51,326 nucleotides of DNA, from NCBI GenBank assembly GCA_035553715.1, contig DATMJX010000334.1, positions 1 through 51,326 of the forward strand, given 5' to 3'. The DNA is from Methylibium sp. GTDB lineage: Bacteria; Pseudomonadota; Gammaproteobacteria; Burkholderiales; Burkholderiaceae_C. Below are positions 8,488 to 17,377 of this stretch, piece after piece. The position numbers and the translations under genes are program-made. Under the pieces are notes generated by a model. It ran no database searches. It saw nothing but the letters and a program-made list of their open reading frames with translations, and had not been told where the DNA came from. The stretch's first letter is position 1, and each line of letters starts with the position of its first letter.

Positions 8488-10929
8488 ATGAAGAAGATGA
8501 AACTCGTGATGGTGGGCAACGGCATGGCCGGCGTGCGCACGCTGGAAGAGCTGCTGAAGATCGCGCCCGATCTCTACGAGATCACCGTGTTCGGCGCCGA
8601 GCCGCACCCGAACTACAACCGCATCCTGCTGTCGCCGGTGCTGGCCGGCGAGCAGACGATCGACGAGATCATCCTCAACCCGCTCGAGTGGTATGCCGAG
8701 CACGGCATCACGCTGCACACCGGCAAGAAGGTGGTCGACATCGACCGCGTCAAGCGCATCGTGCGCGCCGAGGACGGCACCGAGGCCGAGTACGACCGCC
8801 TGCTGCTGGCCACCGGCTCCAACCCCTTCATGCTGCCGATCCCGGGCCGCGAGCTCGAGGGCGTGATCGGCTACCGCGACATCGCCGACACCCACACGAT
8901 GATCGAGGCGGCCACCAAGTACAAGCACGCGGTCGTCATCGGCGGCGGCCTGCTCGGCCTCGAGGCCGCCAACGGCCTGATGCTGCGCGGCATGCAGGTC
9001 ACCGTCGTGCACATCACGCCGACGCTGATGGACCGCCAGCTCGACGGCATCGCCGGCAAGCTGCTGCAGAAGTCGCTCGAGCAACGCGGCATCCGCTTCC
9101 TGATGGGCGCGAGCACCGAGGCGCTGATCGGCGGCAAGGACGGCCGCGTGATGGCGGTCAAGTTCAAGGACGGCCAGGAGATCCCGGCCGACCTGGTGGT
9201 GATGGCCGCCGGCATCCGCCCCAACACCGAGCTGGCCGAGAAGATCGGCATCCACTGCCACCGCGGCATCGTCGTCTCCGACACGATGCAGACCGTCACC
9301 GACCCGCGCGTCTACTCGGTCGGCGAGTGCGCGGCGCACCGCGGCATCGCCTATGGCCTGGTCGCGCCGCTGTTCGAGCAGGGCAAGGTCTGCGCGACCC
9401 ACCTCGCGCAGTTCGGCATCGGCCGCTACACCGGCAGCCAGGTTTCGACCAAGCTCAAGGTCACCGGCATCGACCTGTTCTCGGCCGGCAACTTCCAGGG
9501 CGGCGAGGGCTGCGAGGAGATCGTGATGAGCGATCCCTTCGGCGGTGTCTACAAGAAGCTCGTGATCAAGGACGACCAGCTGGTCGGTGCCTGCCTGTAC
9601 GGCGACACGGTCGACGGCAGCTGGTACTTCAAGATGCTGCGCGAGGGCCGCAAGATCGGCGACATCCGCGCCACGCTGCTGCACGGCGAGGCCGGCGCCA
9701 ACATCGGCGACACCGGCCACGAGGGCCACACCAAGGCCGCCAGCATGCCCGACGACGCCGAGGTCTGCGGCTGCAACGGCGTCAACAAGGGCACGATCTG
9801 CAAGGCCATCAAGGACAAGGGCCTGTTCACGCTGGAGGAGGTGAAGAAGCACACGAAGGCCAGCGCGTCCTGCGGTTCCTGCACCGGCCTGGTCGAGCAG
9901 ATCCTGATGTTCACCGCCGGCGGCGACTACTCGAAGGCACCGACCAAGAAGGCGATGTGCGGCTGCACCGACGCCAGCCACCAGGAGGCGCGCGAGGCCA
10001 TCAAGGCCGAGAAGCTGCTGACCATCGACAGCGTCTACAAGCGCCTGGGATGGCGCACGCCCAACGGCTGTTCCTCGTGCCGCCCGGCGATCAACTACTA
10101 CCTGATCAGCAGCTGGCCGAAGGAGGCCAAGGACGACCCGCAGTCGCGCTTCATCAACGAGCGCAGCCACGCCAACATCCAGAAGGACGGCACCTACTCG
10201 GTGATCCCGCGCATGTGGGCCGGCGAGACCACCGCCGACGAGCTGCGCCGCATCGCCGACGCGGTCGACAAGTACAAGATCCCGACGGTCAAGGTCACCG
10301 GCGGCCAGCGCATCGACCTGCTTGGCGTCAAGAAGGAAGACCTGGTCAATGTCTGGAAGGACATCGGCATGCCTTCGGGCCACGCCTACGCGAAGGCGCT
10401 GCGCACCGTGAAGACCTGCGTCGGCAGCGAGTGGTGCCGCTTCGGCACCCAGGACTCGACGCAGATGGGCAAGGACCTCGAGCGCGCGCTGTGGCGCATG
10501 TACGCGCCGCACAAGGTCAAGATCGCCGTGTCGGGCTGCCCGCGCAACTGCGCCGAGGCCGGCATCAAGGACGTCGGCGTGATCGGCGTCGACTCGGGCT
10601 GGGAGATCTACGTCGCCGGCAACGGCGGCATCAAGACCGAGGTCGCGCACTTCTTCTGCAAGCTCAAGACCGCCGAGGAGGTGCTCGAGTACAGCGGCGC
10701 CTTCCTGCAGCTCTACCGCGAGGAGGGCTGGTACCTCGAGCGCACCGTGCACTGGGTCGGCCGCGTCGGCCTCGATTACGTCAAGAAGAAGATCCTCGAC
10801 GACGCCGCGGGCCGCCAGGCGCTGTGGGAGAGGCTGAAGTTCAGCCTCGAGGGCGAGGCCGATCCGTGGTTCGAATTCGACAAGGCGGCGGTCGACACCC
10901 GCCAGTTCACGCCCGTGGGAGCGCTGTGA
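8488..10929 (+). CDS. nirB: Assimilatory NAD(P)H nitrite reductase large subunit
   Basis: GNGMAG FAD motif, YNRILLSPVLAGE, GGGLLGLEAA, BFD-type CGCN...CGSC, siroheme/4Fe-4S KTCVGSEWC and SGCPRNC. Confidence 0.96.
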   Translation: MKKMKLVMVGNGMAGVRTLEELLKIAPDLYEITVFGAEPHPNYNRILLSPVLAGEQTIDEIILNPLEWYAEHGITLHTGKKVVDIDRVKRIVRAEDGTEAEYDRLLLATGSNPFMLPIPGRELEGVIGYRDIADTHTMIEAATKYKHAVVIGGGLLGLEAANGLMLRGMQVTVVHITPTLMDRQLDGIAGKLLQKSLEQRGIRFLMGASTEALIGGKDGRVMAVKFKDGQEIPADLVVMAAGIRPNTELAEKIGIHCHRGIVVSDTMQTVTDPRVYSVGECAAHRGIAYGLVAPLFEQGKVCATHLAQFGIGRYTGSQVSTKLKVTGIDLFSAGNFQGGEGCEEIVMSDPFGGVYKKLVIKDDQLVGACLYGDTVDGSWYFKMLREGRKIGDIRATLLHGEAGANIGDTGHEGHTKAASMPDDAEVCGCNGVNKGTICKAIKDKGLFTLEEVKKHTKASASCGSCTGLVEQILMFTAGGDYSKAPTKKAMCGCTDASHQEAREAIKAEKLLTIDSVYKRLGWRTPNGCSSCRPAINYYLISSWPKEAKDDPQSRFINERSHANIQKDGTYSVIPRMWAGETTADELRRIADAVDKYKIPTVKVTGGQRIDLLGVKKEDLVNVWKDIGMPSGHAYAKALRTVKTCVGSEWCRFGTQDSTQMGKDLERALWRMYAPHKVKIAVSGCPRNCAEAGIKDVGVIGVDSGWEIYVAGNGGIKTEVAHFFCKLKTAEEVLEYSGAFLQLYREEGWYLERTVHWVGRVGLDYVKKKILDDAAGRQALWERLKFSLEGEADPWFEFDKAAVDTRQFTPVGAL

Positions 10930-11309
10930 TGAGCACCTGGAAGAAGATCTGTTTCGTCGCGGACATCCCCGCGCTCGGCTCGCGCCGCGTGCAGCGCCCG
11001 CAGGGCGTCGCGGTGGCGCTGTTCCGCACCGCCGAGGACCGCGTGTTCGCCGTGCTGGACCGCTGTCCGCACAAGGGCGGCCCGCTGAGCCAGGGCATCG
11101 TGTTCGGCAACAGCGTCGCCTGCCCGCTGCACAACTGGACCATCGGGCTGGACGACGGCTGCGCAGCGGCCCCCGACGAGGGTTGCACCCCCTCGTTCGC
11201 CTGCAAGGTCGAGGGCGACGAGGTCTATCTCGACGCCGACGAGCTCGCCACCAAGGCGCTGGACCTGCTCGCGCCGACCGCCGGCCCGAAGAGGCACTCC
11301 GCCGCCTGA
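10929..11309 (+). CDS. nirD: Nitrite reductase small (Rieske) subunit
   Basis: MSTWKKIC...DRCPHKGGPLSQG...VACPLHNW. TGATG overlap with nirB. Confidence 0.94.
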   Translation: MSTWKKICFVADIPALGSRRVQRPQGVAVALFRTAEDRVFAVLDRCPHKGGPLSQGIVFGNSVACPLHNWTIGLDDGCAAAPDEGCTPSFACKVEGDEVYLDADELATKALDLLAPTAGPKRHSAA

Positions 11310-11334
11310 TCGCTCGAGCCCTGGGAGGACGACC

Positions 11335-13581
11335 ATGCTGTTTGGCCGCAAGCACCGCAAGCCGATCAAGATCCCGGTCAAGGCGGTGAACGAGTGGAAG
11401 TACACGACCTGCAACTACTGCTCGACCGGCTGCGCGATCGAGATCGGCCTGAACGAGCAGGGCCGCATCGTCACCAGCCGCGGCCATGCCGGCGCCGACG
11501 TCAACCGCGGCAAGCTGTGCATCAAGGGCCTGCTCGAGCACGACCTGTTCGAGTCGCCCGGCCGCGGCAAGGTGCCGCTGATGCGCGAGAAGGCCCACCT
11601 GCCCTTCCAGCCGACCGGCTGGGACGGTGCGCTCGACAAGGTGGCATCGAAGATCAAGGAGATCCAGGCCCAGTACGGGCGCGACGCCTTCGCGGTGGTC
11701 TCGACAGGCCAGCTGCTGACCGAGGAGTTCTACACCCTCGGCAAGCTGGTGCGCGGGCAGATCGGCACCAACAACTACGACGGCAACACGACGCTGTGCA
11801 TGGCCTCGGCGGTGTCGGGCTACAAGCGCAGCTTCGGCTCCGACGGCCCGCCGGGCTGCTACGAGGACTTCGAGCACACCCACTGCCTGATGGCCTTCGG
11901 CTCGAACCTGCCGGAGCAGCACCCGATCATCTACTGGCGCCTGAAGGAGGCGCTGGAGAAGCGTAAGTTCCCGGTCATCGTGGTCGACCCGCGCGTGACG
12001 ATGCTCGCGCAGTTCGCCGACATCCACCTGCCGATCACGCCCGGCACCGACACGGTGCTGATCAACGCGATGATGCATGTGATCCTCAAGGAAGGCCTGG
12101 AGGACCGCGAGTACATCGACAAGTACACCCAGGGCATCGACGCGCTGCGCGCGCTGGTGGCCGACTACGACCCCAAGATCGCCCAGCACGAGTGCGGCAT
12201 CGACGAGGACCGCATCCGCCAGGTCGCGCGCCTGTACGCGAAGGCGCCGGCGGCAATGAGCATCTGGACCATGGGCATCAACCAGTCCACCCACGGCTCG
12301 GACGGCGTCGTCAACATCAACAACCTGAACCTGATCACCGGCAACATCGGCAAGCCGGGCGGCACCAGCCTGTCGATCACCGGCCAGTGCAACGCGATGG
12401 GCACGCGCGAGTGGTCCTCCTGCTCGGGCCTGCCGGGCTACCGCCTGCTCGAGAAGGAGAAGGACCGCCAGCAGATCGCCGACTTCTGGGGCATCGACGC
12501 GGGCTTCTTCCCGCCCAAGCGCGGTCTGTCGCAGACCGACATCTTCCCGGCCATCGAGACCGGCGAGATCAAGGGCCTGTGGCTGGTGGCCACCAACCCG
12601 ATGACCTCGATGCCCAACCAGCCGCGCATCCGCAAGGCGATGGAGAACCTCGAGTTCCTGGTGGTGCAGGACGTCTACGAGGACGTCGAGACCAACCAGT
12701 ACGCGCACGTCTACCTGCCGGCGGCGGTGTGGGCCGAGAAGGAAGGCTGCCACACCAACACCGAGCGCCGCGTCAACCTGACGCGCAACGCGCTGAAGCC
12801 CTTCGCCGATTCGAAGCCCGACTTCTGGATCTTCAAGGAGATGGCCAAGCGCTTCACCGACCGCAACGCCATCCACTACCCCGAGACGCCCGAGGGCGCC
12901 TTCGAGGAGATGAAGCAGCTGTCGGTGGGCGCGGGCCGCACGCTGGACATCTCGGGCATGAGCTACGAGCGCATCGAGGCGGCACGCGGCATCCAGTGGC
13001 CCTACAGCGCCGCGCAGGCCGCCGCCGACGAGGCGCGCCTGGGCGCCCCCGGCGCCTTCGACATGCAAAAGCGCGTCGACCTCAAGGGCGACCCGCGGCT
13101 CTACGCCGACGGTCGCTTCCAGACCGACAGCGGCCGCGCGAACCTGATCCCGGTGCGCTTCGTCAACAACAACGAGGTGCCCGATGCCGAGTACCCGTTC
13201 TGGTTCAACTCGGGCCGCGTGGTCGAGCATTTCCACACCCGCACCCGCACCGGGAAGATCGGCAACTGCAACAAGTTCAGCCCGACGCCCTACATGGAGA
13301 TGAACCCCGACGCGGCCGAGGAGCTGGGCGTCGAGCACCAGAGCTATGTGCGCGTGGTCAGCCGCCGCGGCGACGCGATCGTGATGGTGCAGCTGACCCA
13401 CCGCGTGCCGCGCAACATGGTCTTCGTGCCCTTCCACTACCACGACTGCGTCAACCGCATCTCGCTCGGCCTGCTCGACCCCTATTCGCGCCAGCCGGCC
13501 TTCAAGCAGTGCGCCGCGCGCATCGAAAAGGTCGACCAGCGCGAAGCCGCACGCCTGAACATGGAACGCCGCGCGTTCTGA
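11335..13581 (+). CDS. Molybdo-bis-PGD oxidoreductase, assimilatory nitrate reductase catalytic subunit (NasA/NasC/NarB type), no Tat signal
   Basis: CNYCSTGC...LCIKG 4Fe-4S motif, STGQLLTEE, NTTLCMASA with Cys Mo ligand, WTMGINQS, TGQCNAMG, TNTERR, C-terminal QPAFK. No C-terminal BFD domain. Confidence 0.88.
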   Translation: MLFGRKHRKPIKIPVKAVNEWKYTTCNYCSTGCAIEIGLNEQGRIVTSRGHAGADVNRGKLCIKGLLEHDLFESPGRGKVPLMREKAHLPFQPTGWDGALDKVASKIKEIQAQYGRDAFAVVSTGQLLTEEFYTLGKLVRGQIGTNNYDGNTTLCMASAVSGYKRSFGSDGPPGCYEDFEHTHCLMAFGSNLPEQHPIIYWRLKEALEKRKFPVIVVDPRVTMLAQFADIHLPITPGTDTVLINAMMHVILKEGLEDREYIDKYTQGIDALRALVADYDPKIAQHECGIDEDRIRQVARLYAKAPAAMSIWTMGINQSTHGSDGVVNINNLNLITGNIGKPGGTSLSITGQCNAMGTREWSSCSGLPGYRLLEKEKDRQQIADFWGIDAGFFPPKRGLSQTDIFPAIETGEIKGLWLVATNPMTSMPNQPRIRKAMENLEFLVVQDVYEDVETNQYAHVYLPAAVWAEKEGCHTNTERRVNLTRNALKPFADSKPDFWIFKEMAKRFTDRNAIHYPETPEGAFEEMKQLSVGAGRTLDISGMSYERIEAARGIQWPYSAAQAAADEARLGAPGAFDMQKRVDLKGDPRLYADGRFQTDSGRANLIPVRFVNNNEVPDAEYPFWFNSGRVVEHFHTRTRTGKIGNCNKFSPTPYMEMNPDAAEELGVEHQSYVRVVSRRGDAIVMVQLTHRVPRNMVFVPFHYHDCVNRISLGLLDPYSRQPAFKQCAARIEKVDQREAARLNMERRAF

Positions 13582-13597
13582 CCCCGAGGCCCCCGCG

Positions 13598-15571
13598 ATG
13601 CTGAACATCTCCGTGAACCCGCGCACCGGCGAAGCCTCGGTCGCCCCCCTGCCCCGCCCGGCGCCGGCGCCGCTCGAAGAGCGCCCGCTGTGGGAAGTGC
13701 GCACCGAAGAGCGCGACTACGCCTACCTGCCGAAGGTCGAGCTGCCCGACGTGAACCGCTACGGCCAGAAGATCGACCTGATCGAGCTGACCGGCGGCCA
13801 GGGGCCGATGCAGGCCCCGGGCCGCTCGATGTACATCAACGAGAACCCGCAGGTCGGCCCGAACCCGAACCGCAACAAGCAGCACGGCTTCTACTTCACC
13901 GCCGACAACTGCATCGGCTGCCATGCCTGCGAGGCCGCGTGCAGCGAGAAGAACGAGAACCCGCCGCACCTGGCCTTCCGCTCGGTCGGCTATGTCGAGG
14001 GCGGCAGCTTCCCCGACTACAAGCGCATGAACATCTCGATGGCCTGCAACCATTGCGATGACCCGGTGTGCCTGAAGGGCTGCCCGACCAAGGCCTACAC
14101 CAAGCACACCGAGTACGGCGCGGTGCTGCAGGACCCGGACACCTGCTTCGGCTGCGGCTACTGCACCTGGGTGTGCCCCTACAACGCGCCGCAGCTCGAC
14201 CCGGTCAAGGGCCAGGTCAGCAAGTGCAACATGTGCGTGGACCGGCTGGAGGTCGGCCTGAAGCCCGCCTGCGTCGCGGCCTGCGTCGGCAATGCGCTGG
14301 ACTTCGGCGTCATCGAGACCGTGCCGAAGAACCGCGAGCAGGCACGCGCCGAGATCCCCGGCTTCCCCTCGCCCGAGATCACGCACCCGAACATCCGCTT
14401 CCAGCAGATCAAGCAGCTGCCGGACGAGATGAAGCGCACCGACTCGATGCCGGTCAAGTACCACAAGGACGAGCAGGGCCGCTACCGCCCGTCGATCGAC
14501 CAGAAGGCGGGCCGGCAGGCGCACTGGAACCTCGCGCGCCTGTCCTCGCGCGAGAACCCGCTGGTGCTGTTCACGCTCGCCGCGCAGGGCGCGATGGGCG
14601 CCTTCGCGCTGCAGTTCCTCGGCGCCTGGGCCGGCCTGCCGGGCTTCGCCGAGTTCGCCGCCTCGCCGATGTACCTGCCGCTGGCCATGCTCGAGTTCGC
14701 GCTGGTCGCCTTCGCGCTGTTCATGTCGACGGTGCACCTGGGCAAGCCGCTGCGCTTCTACCGCGGCTTCAACAACCTGCGCTACTCGCCGGTCTCGCGC
14801 GAGGGGCTGGGCATCGCCCTCTTCATCGCCGGCCTCGGCGGCCACATCGTGCTGGGCCTGCCGGCGCATCCCTGGCTCGCCGGGCTGTTCGGCGGGCTGC
14901 CGCCGGCCCTCGCCGCGCTGGCGGCCCAGGGCGCGCGCGTCAGCGGCCTGCTCGGCCTGCTGGCCGGCGCCGTGGGCCTTTACTACATGACGCGCTGCTA
15001 CCGCATCAAGGCGCGGCCCTTCTGGGACCACTGGCAGGTCGCGACCGCCTTCGGCGGCAGCGCGCTCTCGCTCGGCAGCCTGCTGGCCGGCGCGGTCATG
15101 CTGCCGGCGCTGGCCTTCGCCGGCCAGGCCTACGCGAGCGTGGCGCTGGTCTGCGCCGCACTGCTGGCGGGCGGCTTGGCGATCGAGGGCCTCGGCCACA
15201 TCGCCCATGCCCGCGATCTCGGCCGCGCCGAGCACGAAGGGGGGGCGTCCTACTACGTGCAGACGACGACCTTCGGCAAGACCTACGCGCTGCGCAACGT
15301 GCTGCTGGGCACGAACCTGCTGCTGGTGCTGAGCAGCATCACGGCGCTGGCCAGCGGCCACGGCGGCCCCTGGGTGCTGGCGACGCTGGCGCTGGCCGGC
15401 GTACTGCTGCTCGCGACCAGCCTGATCGGCCGCGCACTGTTCTACGTGCTGGTGATCCCGACCACGATGCCCGGCGCCTTCTTCTGGAAGAACAAGGGCT
15501 TCGAGGAGCATGCGCGCGCGATCGGCCTGGCGCACCTGCCGCAGGTCGGCGTCGCGCCGTTGAAGCACTGA
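13598..15571 (+). CDS. Fused DmsB-like 4x[4Fe-4S] domain + DmsC/YnfH-like membrane anchor
   Basis: CIGCHACEAAC, CNHCDDPVCLKGCP, CFGCGYCTWVCP, KCNMC...ACVAAC, then ENPLVLFT and HLGKPLRFY...NNLRYSPVSRE (DmsC-like) with about eight hydrophobic segments. Confidence 0.88.
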   Translation: MLNISVNPRTGEASVAPLPRPAPAPLEERPLWEVRTEERDYAYLPKVELPDVNRYGQKIDLIELTGGQGPMQAPGRSMYINENPQVGPNPNRNKQHGFYFTADNCIGCHACEAACSEKNENPPHLAFRSVGYVEGGSFPDYKRMNISMACNHCDDPVCLKGCPTKAYTKHTEYGAVLQDPDTCFGCGYCTWVCPYNAPQLDPVKGQVSKCNMCVDRLEVGLKPACVAACVGNALDFGVIETVPKNREQARAEIPGFPSPEITHPNIRFQQIKQLPDEMKRTDSMPVKYHKDEQGRYRPSIDQKAGRQAHWNLARLSSRENPLVLFTLAAQGAMGAFALQFLGAWAGLPGFAEFAASPMYLPLAMLEFALVAFALFMSTVHLGKPLRFYRGFNNLRYSPVSREGLGIALFIAGLGGHIVLGLPAHPWLAGLFGGLPPALAALAAQGARVSGLLGLLAGAVGLYYMTRCYRIKARPFWDHWQVATAFGGSALSLGSLLAGAVMLPALAFAGQAYASVALVCAALLAGGLAIEGLGHIAHARDLGRAEHEGGASYYVQTTTFGKTYALRNVLLGTNLLLVLSSITALASGHGGPWVLATLALAGVLLLATSLIGRALFYVLVIPTTMPGAFFWKNKGFEEHARAIGLAHLPQVGVAPLKH

Positions 15572-15644
15572 ACACCATGCCGCCTGTAGAGCTTGACAGG
15601 GTGGATCGAGCGGGCTTTGGCCCGGGACTTGCGAAACTGCGGCC

Positions 15645-16598
15645 ATGGGCATCGCGCACTATCTGAAGGAAATCGGCCGCGGCAAGGAAGGCGCGCGGTC
15701 GCTCGATGCTGCGCAGGCGCAGGACCTGATGGCCCAGGTGCTCGACCGCCAGGTCAGCGAGGCCGAGCGTGGCGCCTTCGCGATCGCGATGCGCATCAAG
15801 GGCGAGAGCCTCGAGGAGCTGAGCGGCTTCACCGCCGCAGCGGCCGAGCGCAGCCTCGCGCTCGACGCCGGTGCGCTGCCGGTGCTGCTGCCGTCCTACA
15901 ACGGTGCGCGCAAGCTGCCCAACCTGACCGCGCTGCTGGCGCTGCTGCTCGCGCAGGAGGGCGTGCCGGTGCTGGTGCACGGGCCCGAGCGCGACCCGGG
16001 CCGCGTCACCACCCACGAGCTGTTCACCGCGCTCGGTCTGCCGGTCGCGCACGATGCCGAGGACGTGCACGCCGCGTGGCGGCGCCACGAACCGGTGTTC
16101 ATGCCGACCGGCGCGCTGTGCCCGCCGCTGCAGGCCCTGCTCGACCTGCGCTGGACACTCGGCCTGCGCAACCCCGCGCACACCGTCGCGAAGCTGCTGA
16201 CGCCGAGAGCGACGCCCTGCCTGCGCGTCGTCAACTACACCCACCCCGAGTACGGCCACGCCCACACCCGCTTCCTGCAGGCCAGCCGCGCCCACGCACT
16301 GCTGCTGCGCGGCACCGAGGGCGAGCCGGTGGCCGATCCGCGCCGCCTGCCCAGGCTCGAGGTCTACCTCGACGGCGTCGCCCGCCCCGACCTCGGCCGC
16401 GCGCCGCAGGAAGGCGTGCTGACCGGCCTGCCGCTGCTGCCGCGCTGCGACGCGGCCAGCACCGCGCTGTACGTGCAGGCCGCGGTCAGCGGCGAGCAGC
16501 CGGTGCCGGTGGCCCTGCTCGAGCAGGTCGAGGTGCTGGTCAAGGCGCGCAGCGCGCTGCAGCAACATCTGGAGAGAGCCCATGAACGCTCGGCCTGA
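15645..16598 (+). CDS. ybiB: YbiB-like (TrpD2 / glycosyltransferase family 3 fold) DNA-binding protein
   Basis: YLKEIGRGKEGARSL, AMRIKGE, PSYNGARKLPNLT, LRGTEGE motifs. Confidence 0.88.
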   Translation: MGIAHYLKEIGRGKEGARSLDAAQAQDLMAQVLDRQVSEAERGAFAIAMRIKGESLEELSGFTAAAAERSLALDAGALPVLLPSYNGARKLPNLTALLALLLAQEGVPVLVHGPERDPGRVTTHELFTALGLPVAHDAEDVHAAWRRHEPVFMPTGALCPPLQALLDLRWTLGLRNPAHTVAKLLTPRATPCLRVVNYTHPEYGHAHTRFLQASRAHALLLRGTEGEPVADPRRLPRLEVYLDGVARPDLGRAPQEGVLTGLPLLPRCDAASTALYVQAAVSGEQPVPVALLEQVEVLVKARSALQQHLERAHERSA

Positions 16599-17352
16599 GC
16601 CCCCCCGTGTCCAGCTCGTCGGCGCTGGCCCCGGCGACCCGGAGCTGCTGACCCTGAAGGCCGTGCGCGCGATCCGCGGCGCCACCGTGCTGCTGGTCGA
16701 CGACCTGGTCGGCGAGGGCGTGCTGAAGTACGCGCGCAAGTCGGCGCGCCTCGTCCACGTCGGCAAGCGCGGCGGCTGCCGCAGCACGCCGCAGGCCTTC
16801 ATCGAGCAGCTGATGCTGCGCGAGGCGCTGGCCGGCGAGCGCGTCGTGCGCCTCAAGGGCGGCGATCCCTTCGTCTTCGGCCGCGGCGGCGAGGAGGCCG
16901 AGACGCTGCGCGCGCATGGCGTCGAGGTCGAGATCGTCAACGGCATCACCGCAGGCCTGGCCGCGGCGACCTCGCTGGGCGCGCCGCTGACGCACCGCGA
17001 GCATGCGCATGGCGTGATGTTCGTGACCGGCCACGCGAAGGAAGGCGCCGACGGCCTCGACTGGGCGGTTCTCGGCGCCGCGGCTGCACAGGGGCTGACC
17101 CTGGTGATCTACATGGGCGTCGCGCAGGCCGCGACGCTGCAGGCCGGGCTGCGCGCGGCGCTGCCCGGCAGCACCCCGCTGGCCATCGTGCAGTCGGCCA
17201 GCCGGCCGGAGCAGCGGCACGCGGTGACCACGCTCGACGGGCTGCTCGACACGCTGGCGCGGGAGCGCCTCGGCAGCCCGGCCGTGCTGATCGTCGGCGA
17301 GGTGCTGCGCGGCTTGGGCGCGCTGACCCTGCCGCAGGCCGCGGCAGCCTGA
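16582..17352 (+). CDS. cobA: Uroporphyrinogen-III C-methyltransferase (siroheme supply)
   Basis: LVGAGPGDPELLTLKA, RLKGGDPFVFGRGGEE, LVIYMG. Confidence 0.93.
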   Translation: MNARPEPPRVQLVGAGPGDPELLTLKAVRAIRGATVLLVDDLVGEGVLKYARKSARLVHVGKRGGCRSTPQAFIEQLMLREALAGERVVRLKGGDPFVFGRGGEEAETLRAHGVEVEIVNGITAGLAAATSLGAPLTHREHAHGVMFVTGHAKEGADGLDWAVLGAAAAQGLTLVIYMGVAQAATLQAGLRAALPGSTPLAIVQSASRPEQRHAVTTLDGLLDTLARERLGSPAVLIVGEVLRGLGALTLPQAAAA

Positions 17353-17377
17353 GAGCAGCCGGGATAATCCCGGCCCC

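Noticed and set aside
8410-13704. 1764-aa ORF antisense to nirB/nirD/nitrate reductase, and similar long shadow ORFs (25838-29050, 21680-24157, 32149-34791)
   Set aside because: Expected artefact of very high GC3 codon bias, which removes stops from the antisense frame. No recognisable motifs, and the opposite strand holds clear genes.
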